Shown one piece after another: positions 9,278-18,460 of a DNA stretch of 59,796 bases. Both the position numbers and the translations under genes were made by a program. This stretch comes from Anaerolineae bacterium (GTDB taxonomy: Bacteria > Chloroflexota > Anaerolineae > Aggregatilineales > Phototrophicaceae), in the NCBI GenBank assembly GCA_012270545.1, contig JAAXID010000132.1, forward strand, positions 17,236 through 77,031, given 5' to 3'. Below the pieces are notes generated by a model. That model was given only the letters and a program-made list of their open reading frames with translations. It searched no databases and was not told the DNA's origin. Position 1 is the stretch's first letter; every line of letters begins with the position of its first letter.

Positions 9278-10455
9278 CTAACCCTCGCGCGCCTTTTCCG
9301 TCGCTTTCTGTACCATCTCAGCCGCTTCTTCCGGTGTGATCACATCATTCAGCACCAGATCCGACGCCTGTTTCAGCGCCGATAGTACATCGGGCGGCAC
9401 GTTCGCCTCGTAGAGCGAGGGCGCGCCCATCGCCCCTACATCGGCCACCTGCTGCGCCGCTTCGGGCATCAAAATCTCGGCCACGGCCTCCTGAGGGATA
9501 TCGATTCGGCCAGGCGCCAGCCCCGATGCCCGCGAATAAGTCTCGATGCCTTCCGCCGAACCCAAATAGGCAACCACCTTGAGCGCCGCCTCCTGCTTGT
9601 CGCGATTGAAGACGATGAAGCAATTCGGAATCCAGCTTCCCACCGGTCCATAAGGTTCAATCATGTCGTCATCGAAGTGCGGGTAATAGAAATAACCCCA
9701 TTCAAAATCGACCTCGTCGCTCAGGCTGCCCGAAGCCCAGGAGCCCATCTGCCACATAGAGGCGCTGCCGCCGGTGAAGAGACCTTGTCCCTGACTGTAT
9801 TTCGTATGCCCGGCGAAACCATCAGCCAGCAAGCCACGGTCGACCATCTCCTTCATCGTCGCGAAAATGCGCAGGCCGTGCGGATCCGTCCACTTGTATT
9901 CATTTGCCCAGTCCGGCGAGCCTGGATTAGCATTGAGCATGAAGGCGCGGTATTCGTCTTCGGTCCAGGAGCGCATCATCAGCGCGTCCGGCAAATGGTT
10001 GACCAAACCCCAGTCGTAGAGGTTGACCATCGGCTGATAGCCGCCGGCGCGCACCTTGTCCGCGACCTCGTAGAGTTCTTCCCAGGTTGTCGGCACTTCA
10101 GCGCCGACCTCGGCGAAGATGTCCTTGTTGTAGTAGATGTACGGTGTCCAGACCACATCAATGTTGACACCGTAAATGCTGCCGTTCGGCTCGGTATAAA
10201 AGTCAAGCGTGCCCTGCGGAAAGGCGTCGTACCAGCCTTCGCTCTCATACAGGCCGTCCAGCGGCACCAGCAAGTCGGCTTCGATCATGTCGTTGTACTG
10301 GAATGAAGGCGAGCACCACCACCAGGTCAGATCGGGACCATTCGCATCGGCGAACATTGTGGTGGGCCGTCGCCTGCCAGTTGACTTCGTCCGCCTGGAC
10401 ATCCAACTCGACCTGGATATCCGGGTTGCGCTCATTCCAAATCGGCAGGACCGTT
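9278..10455 (-). pseudogene. Extracellular solute-binding protein (CUT1 family), frameshifted and 5'-truncated
   Basis: SBP-like sequence is split between ORF 9278..10435 (…TTMFADANGPDLTWWW…) and ORF 10245..10538 (…IPKTVLPIWNERNPDIQVELDVQADEVNWQATA…). The frame switches near 10365-10375. There is no signal peptide, and similarity ends at the terminator of the neighbouring insert. Confidence 0.6.
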
Positions 10456-10460
10456 TTCGG

Positions 10461-10500
10461 AATAAAAGAAACCGCCTTAGAAAGAGAAAAAGGCGGTTTC
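10461..10500 (-). terminator. Putative intrinsic terminator of the small secreted-protein gene
   Basis: On the minus strand GAAACCGCC (from 10500) pairs with GGCGGTTTC (to 10468), followed by TTTTATT. It lies 22 nt after the stop at 10523. Confidence 0.55.
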
Positions 10501-10522
10501 AAACATGTTTCGCGTAGCCCAT

Positions 10523-10843
10523 CTAGGGCGCAGTACATGTATTAGAACCGATAACGGTTGAGCCAGATCCAACTGGGTAATGGATCTTAATGGTGATTTT
10601 CGTGCTGTTAGTATGTATGTTCGCACTTGCCCAGGCAGGTGTGGATGGAACCTTCCGCCATTTGTACCCTACAATCTTGCGTGGAGCTGGCCCCGCTTTA
10701 ACCATCATTTGAGCAACAGCTTCACCCGAAGTAGAGTTTGCTCTGCACTCGAAATCGTGTGCCACTCCAGCCCCGCCAACTTGCGCCGCGACTATCGGCA
10801 CCATCAACAGCAGTACAAATACAAGGAAAACAATTCGTTTCAT
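10523..10843 (-). CDS. Small secreted protein of unknown function (106 aa)
   Basis: Internal ATG at 10843 preceded by AGGAGG (…CAGGAGGTGCAACATG). Signal-peptide-like N-terminus MKRIVFLVFVLLLMVPIVAAQ, two Cys. It lies in a visibly AT-richer segment, and I recognise no family. Confidence 0.5.
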   Translation of the reverse strand: MKRIVFLVFVLLLMVPIVAAQVGGAGVAHDFECRANSTSGEAVAQMMVKAGPAPRKIVGYKWRKVPSTPAWASANIHTNSTKITIKIHYPVGSGSTVIGSNTCTAP

Positions 10844-11286
10844 GTTGCACCTCCTGAAAGGTAAACAAGCGACCCGCGAACTGAATTGAGAATTGACTTG
10901 TGCAAGCAATGGATTGCCCACCGACAGCAACAAGACGAACGTAAAAATGAGCCGATAAAAGTGCCCAAACATTGTTGCTCTCCCTCACACAATTGAACGA
11001 TACTTTTAGCGTAAGAGGGAAATGGGGTTGGAGTCAAACCGATTTGTATATGTTGCCCGTACTGTGAATAAAGCACGAACGATCAACTATACAGATAGCA
11101 ATTCCAAGCGCTCTTTGACATATTCTCTTTCAACCACCTAGCAGCCCCGCCAGATACTTCCCATGATCGCATCCATATCGGTCCCCGAGATGAAGCGACA
11201 GTGCTGCCTCAGAATCTCAGTAGCACCAAGTTAGTCCTGCGAAAAACTATCCCGCTAAGTAATCTTCCCTTCCCTAGCTCGCTGGG

Positions 11287-11327
11287 ATGCTCGCCATAGA
11301 GATGGCGAGAGGGGCCGGGGGATGGGG
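11287..11327. repeat. C-rich/hairpin intergenic repeat (family 1), inverted orientation
   Basis: Its reverse complement matches 22860-22901 in blocks of 19 and 22 identical nt separated by a 1-nt indel. It contains the perfect hairpin CTCGCCAT-loop-ATGGCGAG. Confidence 0.6.
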
Positions 11328-11451
11328 TTAGAAAAGCGGCATCCCACATTTTCATTACTTACCTGAAATTACTTCTGTGGTGAATCCTCTATGCGGGACT
11401 CGCAATACAGCAGATCCACGACTTTCGCCCCTGCCGGAGGGCGCGGCGCGT

Positions 11452-11480
11452 TTGACTTTCAGCATCGTCATGTGTATTCT
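11452..11480 (+). promoter_or_regulatory. Candidate sigma70-type promoter upstream of the SDR/dehydrogenase cluster
   Basis: TTGACT (11452-11457), 17-nt spacer, TATTCT (11475-11480). About 85 nt upstream of the TTG start at 11565. Confidence 0.3.
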
Positions 11481-11564
11481 CGTACCATTGCCCGGGGGAC
11501 GCCATGCAGGCGCTGACGTGGGCGACGCTCACGCGTTAAGTCCCGAGTTGAGGCAATCTACACC

Positions 11565-12368
11565 TTGCTCAAGCGTTTCAGCCTGGAAGGAAAAGTAGCG
11601 GTCGTGACGGGCGCGGCATCGGGCCTTTCCCAGGCGATTGCCGTTGGGTTCGCCGGCGCCGGCGCCGATCTCGTCATCGCCGATATCAACCACGATGGCC
11701 TGCACGAGACCGCCAAGAGCATACGCGCGCTCGGTCAAAAGGCTGAAGTCTGCCTTTGCGATATAGCGGATGCGGCAGCTGTTGAAAACCTATTCGCGCG
11801 CGCCGATGAGGTCTGCGGGCGCGTCGACATTCTTCTCAACGGGCCCTTCGCCTTCAACCGAGAGAAACCGGAAAAGCTGACGCTGGCTGATTGGAACGAT
11901 GCGATTGCGGTCTGCCTGACTGGCTTCTTCACCTGCGCCCAACAAGCGGGGCAGCGGATGATTGGGCGAGGCGCGGGCGGCAGCATCATCAGCATCGGCT
12001 CCATCGCCGGCGCGTCTGCCCTTGGCCGCGGCAATTTCGTTTACAGCGTGGCGAAAGCGGGTGTCCACCAGATGACGCGCGAACTGGCGGTCGAGTGGGC
12101 GGCGCACGGCATTCGCGTTAACGCGCTGCTGCCCGCGCAAATGCGCACGCCGTCGGTCAAGCGCTGGCTGGAAGATCCGATTACCGATCGGGGATTGGTA
12201 GCGCATCTGCTCAAGGGCATCCCCATGAATCGGCTCGGTGAGCCGGAAGACATCGTCGGACCGGCTATCTTCCTCGCTTCGGACGCAGCCGCCTTCGTCA
12301 CCGGCACTTTGCTCCCGGTCGATGGCGGCAATCTGGCGCTGAACGCCGGCGGGAGCCACACATGGTAG
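11565..12368 (+). CDS. SDR-family oxidoreductase
   Basis: 267 aa with TGAASGLS glycine motif and YSVAKAG (YxxxK). TTG start; there is no in-frame ATG before the Rossmann motif. Confidence 0.8.
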   Translation: MLKRFSLEGKVAVVTGAASGLSQAIAVGFAGAGADLVIADINHDGLHETAKSIRALGQKAEVCLCDIADAAAVENLFARADEVCGRVDILLNGPFAFNREKPEKLTLADWNDAIAVCLTGFFTCAQQAGQRMIGRGAGGSIISIGSIAGASALGRGNFVYSVAKAGVHQMTRELAVEWAAHGIRVNALLPAQMRTPSVKRWLEDPITDRGLVAHLLKGIPMNRLGEPEDIVGPAIFLASDAAAFVTGTLLPVDGGNLALNAGGSHTW

Positions 12369-12417
12369 AGGCCTTCGCAGAAACATCAAACCACCGCCTC
12401 GGCAGGAGCGAACTATC

Positions 12418-13389
12418 ATGACGAAGGTCGTCATCGCGCATGCGTCGTATGTCATTTCCGAACTGGAACGCGACGCCTTCAGCGCTATTGATGCGAGCGT
12501 CGTGCAAACGGGCAACCTGGAGACGCCGGAAGCGCTCGAAGAGGCGCGCAAAGCCGACGCCCTGATGGTCACCATCCAGCAGGTCGATGCCGAGCTGATC
12601 CGATCGCTTGAACGCTGCCAGATCATTGCGCGAGTCGGCACGGGCTTGGATGCCATCGACATTCCGGCGGCCACAGAACGCGGCATCTGGGTGACCTCGG
12701 TGCCCGATTATGCCGTCGACGAGGTCTCGACTCATGCGATCGCCCTGCTGCTGAATCAGGCGCGGCGGCTTCAAAAGATGTTCGCCTCGGTCAAGGCGGG
12801 CAGGTGGTACGACGCGGCTACGATTGAACCGGCGTCCCGCCTCCAGGGACAGGTCTTGGGCCTCATCGGTTACGGACGTATCGGACGGATGGTGGCGGCC
12901 AAGGCGCGCGGCCTAGGTCTGCTTGTGCTCGTTTATGATCCTTTCATCGAGCTCGACGCGGGCGCCAACGGCGGCCTGAAGCAGGTCGACCTGGATGCTC
13001 TGCTTAAAAGCGCCGACTTCATCTCCCTCCACAGTCCCTTGAGCGAATCTTCCCGACACATCATCAATGCCGACGCCCTGGAAAAGATGAAACCCAGCGC
13101 CTATCTCATCAATACCGCGCGCGGCGAACTTATCGACGAAGAGGCGCTGCTCGCCGCCGTACAGTGTGGCCGCATCGCCGGCGCCGCCCTCGATGTGCTC
13201 ACGGTGGAGCCGCCGCCGCCCGATTTTCCCTTGCTGCACGACGAGCGCATTACGATCACTCCCCATGCCGGCTGGTACTCGGAGGCGTCCAAACTGGATG
13301 TGCGCGTTAAAGCGATCGACGATGTTGTGCGCGTCTTGACGGGCGAGGCGCCGCGATCAGCGGTCAACAACCCGATAAGCAATCAATAG
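12418..13389 (+). CDS. D-isomer-specific 2-hydroxyacid dehydrogenase (PGDH/CtBP-like)
   Basis: 323 aa with NAD motif GLIGYGRIGRMVA, NTARGELIDEEAL and ITPHAGWYS (catalytic His region). Confidence 0.85.
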   Translation: MTKVVIAHASYVISELERDAFSAIDASVVQTGNLETPEALEEARKADALMVTIQQVDAELIRSLERCQIIARVGTGLDAIDIPAATERGIWVTSVPDYAVDEVSTHAIALLLNQARRLQKMFASVKAGRWYDAATIEPASRLQGQVLGLIGYGRIGRMVAAKARGLGLLVLVYDPFIELDAGANGGLKQVDLDALLKSADFISLHSPLSESSRHIINADALEKMKPSAYLINTARGELIDEEALLAAVQCGRIAGAALDVLTVEPPPPDFPLLHDERITITPHAGWYSEASKLDVRVKAIDDVVRVLTGEAPRSAVNNPISNQ

Positions 13390-13413
13390 CGCTTTATTTC
13401 AAGGAGAACGCTC

Positions 13414-14403
13414 TTGGATAATGAGGACAATGAGCTCGGCGGTGAGCAGCTGGTAGCGCTCTACCGCATGATGGTTCTGATTCGAAGGACGGAAGAACAG
13501 CTCGCGCGCGCCCATCAAATGGGATTGGTGCCCGGCCCCTGCCACACTTATGTCGGCGAGGAAGCGATCGCGACTGGCGTCTGCGCCAACCTGCGCGCCG
13601 ACGATGTCGTCTTCAGCACACATCGTGGACACGGGCACGCGCTGGCAAAAGGCGTCAGCCCGCGCGCGGTCGCGGCCGAGCTCTTCGGCAAAGCGACGGG
13701 CTGCTCTCAGGGGCGCGGCGGCAGCATGCATCTCTTCGCCCCCGAAATCGGCTTGATGGGAACCAGCGGCATCGTCGGTCCCAGCATCTTGCAGGGCGCC
13801 GGTGCCGGCTACAGCTTCAAGCTGCTCGGCTCGGATCAAGTGAGCGTCGCCTTTTTCGGCGATGGCGCCGTCAGCAATGGCGCCTTTCACGAAGGGCTGA
13901 ATCTGGCTGCCATCTGGGACCTGCCGGTGATATTCGTCTGCGAAGATAATATGTACGCCACCGAAGTGGCCTTTCGCGACGCGACCCGCGTGCAGGATGT
14001 CGCCGGACGCGCCAGCGTTTCCTACGATATGGCGGCCCTCTGCGTCGATGGCAACGATGTGCTGGCGGTGTATCGGGCGGCTGAAGAAGCGGTTGCCCGC
14101 GCCCGAGCTGGCGAGGGTCCGTCGCTCATCGACTGCAAGACCTATCGTACACGGCCTCATGCCGAGGGCATGCGCGACGGCGGCTATCGCACAGCGGAAG
14201 AGATGGAGGCCTGGAAACAGCGCGATCCGATCGCGGCGCAGGCCGCCTGGCTGACTGATAACGGGCATGTTGAAGTCGCCGACCTGGAAGCGATTGAGGC
14301 CGAGGTCAAAGCGACCGTGGAAGACGCCATTGAATTCGCCCGCACGAGCCCCTTCCCCGATCCGGCCACCGCGGCCGATTACATCTTCAGTGCGGGAGAC
14401 TAG
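13414..14403 (+). CDS. TPP-dependent 2-oxoacid/acetoin dehydrogenase E1 alpha subunit
   Basis: 329 aa with TPP-binding motif GDGAVSNGAFHEGLNLAAIWDLPVIFVCEDN. TTG start 7 nt after AAGGAG. Confidence 0.85.
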   Translation: MDNEDNELGGEQLVALYRMMVLIRRTEEQLARAHQMGLVPGPCHTYVGEEAIATGVCANLRADDVVFSTHRGHGHALAKGVSPRAVAAELFGKATGCSQGRGGSMHLFAPEIGLMGTSGIVGPSILQGAGAGYSFKLLGSDQVSVAFFGDGAVSNGAFHEGLNLAAIWDLPVIFVCEDNMYATEVAFRDATRVQDVAGRASVSYDMAALCVDGNDVLAVYRAAEEAVARARAGEGPSLIDCKTYRTRPHAEGMRDGGYRTAEEMEAWKQRDPIAAQAAWLTDNGHVEVADLEAIEAEVKATVEDAIEFARTSPFPDPATAADYIFSAGD

Positions 14404-14407
14404 CGCC

Positions 14408-15385
14408 ATGCGAGAGATCACCTATACAGAAGCGGCTCGCGAAGCGCTGGCGGAACAAATGGCGGTTGATCCCAGCATTTTCGTCGTCGGTGAAGGCATT
14501 GGCGAGCGCGGCGGCAACTTCAATACGACGCTCGGCCTGTACGAGCAATACGGTCCGATGCGCCTGCGCGATACGCCGATCGTCGAGCGCGGCTTCGTCG
14601 GCATGTGCGCTGGCGCCGCCATGACGGGCGCCCGCCCCGTTGTCGACTTCATGTTCATCGACTTCATCCTGGATTCAATGGGCGAGCTCTTGAATCAAAT
14701 CTCGAAGATTCAATACATGAGCAGCGGGCGAATCAAAATGCCCATCGTGCTGCGCGGCTGCATTGGAATTGGTGGCGCCGCCGCCACGCACCATTCGGGC
14801 AGCTACTACCCGCTCTTCGTTCATATCCCCGGTTTCCGCGTCGCCTTGCCCTCGAACCCCTACGATGCCAAGGGCCTGCTGAAGACAGCGCTCACCGGCG
14901 ATGATCCGATACTCTATCTGGAGCACAAGCTGCTGCTGAACAGGCGCGGTCCCGTGCCGGAAGCTGAGTTCCATATACCTTTTGGGCAGGCGGCTGTCGT
15001 CCGAGAAGGAAGTGATGCGACGGTCGTGGCGCTTGCCGTCATGGTGCCCAAGGCGCTCGAAGTCTGCGGCGAACTGGCGAAAGACGGTCTCGATATCGAA
15101 GTCATCGACCCGCGCACCCTCGCCCCGCTCGACATGGCAACCATTCTGGAGTCGGTGCGCAAAACCGGACGTCTGCTGATCGCGGACGAAACCTTCGCTC
15201 CCTGCGGGATCGGCGCCGAGATCAGCGCCCAGGTGATGGAAAACGGCTTCGATGACCTCGACGCCCCAATCGCCCGGCTCAACGGCGTCCATACACCGAC
15301 CCCCTACAGCCCGACCCTGGAAAACGCCATCATTCCCGATAAAGCGGCGCTCACAAAAGCGATTCGCAAACTGGTGGCCGAATAG
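14408..15385 (+). CDS. 2-oxoacid/acetoin dehydrogenase E1 beta subunit
   Basis: Internal ATG (MREITYTEAAREAL…) 5 nt after the E1alpha stop. Transketolase-like pyrimidine-binding and C-terminal domains typical of E1beta. Confidence 0.9.
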   Translation: MREITYTEAAREALAEQMAVDPSIFVVGEGIGERGGNFNTTLGLYEQYGPMRLRDTPIVERGFVGMCAGAAMTGARPVVDFMFIDFILDSMGELLNQISKIQYMSSGRIKMPIVLRGCIGIGGAAATHHSGSYYPLFVHIPGFRVALPSNPYDAKGLLKTALTGDDPILYLEHKLLLNRRGPVPEAEFHIPFGQAAVVREGSDATVVALAVMVPKALEVCGELAKDGLDIEVIDPRTLAPLDMATILESVRKTGRLLIADETFAPCGIGAEISAQVMENGFDDLDAPIARLNGVHTPTPYSPTLENAIIPDKAALTKAIRKLVAE

Positions 15386-15395
15386 GGGGTGGATC

Positions 15396-16631
15396 ATGGC
15401 GATTGAAATTGTAATGCCCAAGCTCGGCTGGACCATGGAAGAGGGAATCCTCGACGAGTGGATCAAGCAGGACGGCGATGAAGTCCAGCCCGGCGACATC
15501 ATCTTCGTCGTCGAGAGTGACAAGGCGCTGCAGGAAATCGAGGCTTTTGACGGCGGCATCCTGCGCATTTCGCCCGACGCGCCGCCGGTCGGCTCGACAG
15601 TGAAAATCGGCGAGTTGCTCGCCTATCTGGTGGAGCCAGGCGAGGCGCCGCCATTCGAGTTGGCAAAAGCGGATAAGGTGGAGCAAGCGCCCGTTGCGGC
15701 AGCGATCGGCCTTTCAAAGAGCCCAGCGACCGCGCCGGCAACGAAGCCAGCGAAACGCTCTCGCGCCGGCGGACCGGCCATCAGCCCACGAGCGAAACGG
15801 GTCGCGCTGGAGTTGGGGGTCGATTGGGCGCTGTTAACCGGCAGCGGAAGCGGCGGACGGATTATCGAACGGGATATTCGCGCGGCCGCAGACCGCGTTT
15901 CAACGCCGGCGCCCGCCGCGGACATCAGCATAACACCAGTCGCCCGGCGCCAACCCCTGCCACGCATCCGCCAGCTGACCCGCGACCGCATGGTAGAAAG
16001 CGCGCGCGGGACCGCGCCGGTCACCTTGACGACGGAAGCCGACGCCACCGAGCTGCACCAACTGCGGCGCAACTTGAGGGCGGATGGTAACAAAAACGTG
16101 CCGTCATACACCGATCTGCTGGCGAAATTGGTGGCCGCGGCGCTGACCGAACACCCGGCGCTCAACGCCTCCATCGAAGGCGACGAGCTTCTGCTGCACA
16201 GCGCCATCAATATCGGCCTCGCCGTCGATACCGAGCGCGGCTTGCTAGCGCCGGTCATTCGGGACGCCGACCGCCTGTCGCTGCTGGAATTGGCCGCCGT
16301 CAGCGCCGACCTGATCGAGCGGACGCGGGACGGGAAAATCGCCGCTGAGGAATTGCAGGGCGGGACTTTCACCATAAGCAATCTGGGCATGTACGATATT
16401 GACGCCTTCACACCGATCATCAATCTGCCACAATGCGCGATTCTAGGCGTCGGCAGAATCGTACCGCGGCAAGTTGTGGTCGATGCGGAGGCGCAGCGTC
16501 TGGCCATCCGGCAGATGATGGCGCTCAGCCTCACATTCGATCATCGCGCTGTCGATGGCGCGCCCGCCGCCCGCTTCTTGCAGCGCGTCAAACAATACGT
16601 AGAAACGCCCTATCTCTGGCTGGTGAGTTGA
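15396..16631 (+). CDS. Dihydrolipoamide acyltransferase (E2) with one lipoyl domain
   Basis: MAIEIVMPKLGWTMEEG…VVESDKA lipoyl-lysine motif, a subunit-binding segment (ISPRAKRVALELGVD), and a catalytic domain ending …LSLTFDHRAVDGAPAA. Confidence 0.85.
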   Translation: MAIEIVMPKLGWTMEEGILDEWIKQDGDEVQPGDIIFVVESDKALQEIEAFDGGILRISPDAPPVGSTVKIGELLAYLVEPGEAPPFELAKADKVEQAPVAAAIGLSKSPATAPATKPAKRSRAGGPAISPRAKRVALELGVDWALLTGSGSGGRIIERDIRAAADRVSTPAPAADISITPVARRQPLPRIRQLTRDRMVESARGTAPVTLTTEADATELHQLRRNLRADGNKNVPSYTDLLAKLVAAALTEHPALNASIEGDELLLHSAINIGLAVDTERGLLAPVIRDADRLSLLELAAVSADLIERTRDGKIAAEELQGGTFTISNLGMYDIDAFTPIINLPQCAILGVGRIVPRQVVVDAEAQRLAIRQMMALSLTFDHRAVDGAPAARFLQRVKQYVETPYLWLVS

Positions 16632-16648
16632 CGAGGGAGGAGTGAAAA

Positions 16649-17518
16649 GTGAAGTTAGTGACATTTGAGCAAGGCGATAGTTTGCGACCGGGTGTCTTGA
16701 CTACCCGCCATGGGAGCAAAGTCATAGTCGATCTGCAGAAGGCGGATGCGTCGTTGCCCGGCAGTGTGCGCGGCATTCTCGAAGGCGGCTCAGCGGCGCT
16801 GTCGAAAGCGGCCGCGGCGGCCGATTCCGCGAGCGATGCGCTGGACGCCGCTACGGTCAAGCTGGCCGCGCCCATCCCAAACCCGGGAAAAATCCTCTGC
16901 ATCGGTCTGAATTACGCCGATCACGCCGCCGAATCCAACCAGCCTTTGCCGGAATACCCGATCGTCTTCAGCAAATACAGCAACACGGTCATCGGCAGCG
17001 GCGACGCCATCATCTTGCCCAAAGTGACTGACCAGGTCGATTATGAAGCCGAACTCGGCTTTGTCATCGGGGTACGCGGACGCCACATCAGCGAAGCGGA
17101 CGCTCTCGACTATGTCGCCGGCTACCTGCCGATCAACGACGTCAGCGCGCGAGACTACCAGGAGCGTGTCAGCCAATGGACGATGGGCAAATCCTTCGAT
17201 ACTTTCGCCCCGATGGGTCCCTCGCTGGTTACGTCAGACGAGGTCGGGGATCCGCATAAGCTCGCCATTCGGCTCTGGATCGGCGACGAGGTGCTGCAAG
17301 ACTCCAATACCAGTCAATTGATTTTCAGCGTTCCCAAGCTGGTGGCCGCTATCAGCGAGGTCATGACGCTGGAGCCGGGCGATGTCGTATCGACCGGCAC
17401 GCCACCCGGCGTCGGCGGGGCGCGCAGGCCGCCGCGTTGGTTGCGCGCGGGCGAAACGGTCCATATCGAAATCGAGAACCTGGGGATCTTGAGCAACCCA
17501 ATCGTCGCCGAAAGCTAG
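16649..17518 (+). CDS. Fumarylacetoacetate hydrolase (FAH) family protein
   Basis: 289 aa. GTG start 6 nt after GGGAGGAG. FAH-fold signature region GLNYADHA…YEAELGFVIG…GDVVSTGTPPGVG. Confidence 0.85.
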   Translation: MKLVTFEQGDSLRPGVLTTRHGSKVIVDLQKADASLPGSVRGILEGGSAALSKAAAAADSASDALDAATVKLAAPIPNPGKILCIGLNYADHAAESNQPLPEYPIVFSKYSNTVIGSGDAIILPKVTDQVDYEAELGFVIGVRGRHISEADALDYVAGYLPINDVSARDYQERVSQWTMGKSFDTFAPMGPSLVTSDEVGDPHKLAIRLWIGDEVLQDSNTSQLIFSVPKLVAAISEVMTLEPGDVVSTGTPPGVGGARRPPRWLRAGETVHIEIENLGILSNPIVAES

Positions 17519-17526
17519 CGAACGCG

Positions 17527-18327
17527 CTAGGCAGACGGTCCCGGACTGCCCCCGGCGTTCAGCGCCAGGTTGCCGCCGTCGAATGGGATCAAGGCGCCAG
17601 TAATCCAGGCTGACGCGTCGGATGCCAGGAAGACGGACAAGCCAGCGATGTCCTCCGGCCGCCCCAGGCGGCCAATCGGAATGCCAGAAAGAAACTGCGT
17701 CTCCAGCTGGTCATCGGCTTTCATGCGTTCGGCTAAACCGGGATTGATCACCTGCGCCGGCAGGATCGCGTTGACGCGGACGCCGCGGCCGCTCCATTCC
17801 GTGCTCAACTCGCGCGTCATCTGGGCGACGCCGCCCATGCCCACGCTATAAGGAAAGTTGCCTCGCCCCAGCGCGCTGACGCCGCCGATCGAGCAAATAT
17901 TGATAATGCTGCCTGCGCCGACAGCCAGCATCCGCCGTCCCGCCTCCTGGCAGCAGCAGAAGCGCGCCACCGTCAAACCGTGGACGACATCGGCCATCAG
18001 CGCCAGATCGATGTCCTCCGGCTTGCCCAGCTTTCCCGGTCCGGCGACGTTGCCCAAAATGTCGATCCGTCCGAACTCCTCATCGAGCTGAGCGAACATC
18101 GCCCGGATCTGCTCGATGCGGGTCACATCGCAGATCGCCGGCAGCGCCCGCCGTCCCATCCCCGCAATCTCATCGGCAGTCGCGTTTAGACCGTCCGCGT
18201 TGATATCGGCGATCAGCAGATCGGCGCCCGCGTCGGCCAAGGCTAGCGCCATCGCGCGTCCCATGCCGCTGGCCGCGCCGCTCACCAGCGCGACACGTCC
18301 TGCCAGGCTGAAGAGTTCTTGGATCAC
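17527..18327 (-). CDS. SDR-family oxidoreductase
   Basis: GTG at 18327 gives VIQELFSLAGRVALVSGAASGMGRA…, a normal SDR N-terminus. Has YSVGMGG. The longer 302-aa ORF adds a non-homologous extension. Confidence 0.8.
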   Translation of the reverse strand: MIQELFSLAGRVALVSGAASGMGRAMALALADAGADLLIADINADGLNATADEIAGMGRRALPAICDVTRIEQIRAMFAQLDEEFGRIDILGNVAGPGKLGKPEDIDLALMADVVHGLTVARFCCCQEAGRRMLAVGAGSIINICSIGGVSALGRGNFPYSVGMGGVAQMTRELSTEWSGRGVRVNAILPAQVINPGLAERMKADDQLETQFLSGIPIGRLGRPEDIAGLSVFLASDASAWITGALIPFDGGNLALNAGGSPGPSA

Positions 18328-18460
18328 GGCAAACTCACAATTCGTTCCATCCAGTCGATTTGCAGGGGCGACTCTGTGCTGCGCGTAGACACCGCAGGTC
18401 AGTCGCCCGCCCGTGCTAACCGCTGCGAATTCCAACGAAGGCGATTAAGACGTCTGCCAA

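Noticed and set aside
11377-11598. 73-aa ORF upstream of the SDR gene.
   Set aside because: It spans a promoter-like region and a repeat, overlaps the SDR start, and has no supporting features.
13399-14421. 340-aa minus-strand ORF covering the E1alpha gene. Similar cases are 14675..15568, 15623..16534, 21618..22703, 46042..47040, 50014..51441 and 58391..59767.
   Set aside because: Each is antisense to a gene with clear family signatures. Their composition is low-complexity and Arg/Ala-rich, and they have no SD or family motifs.
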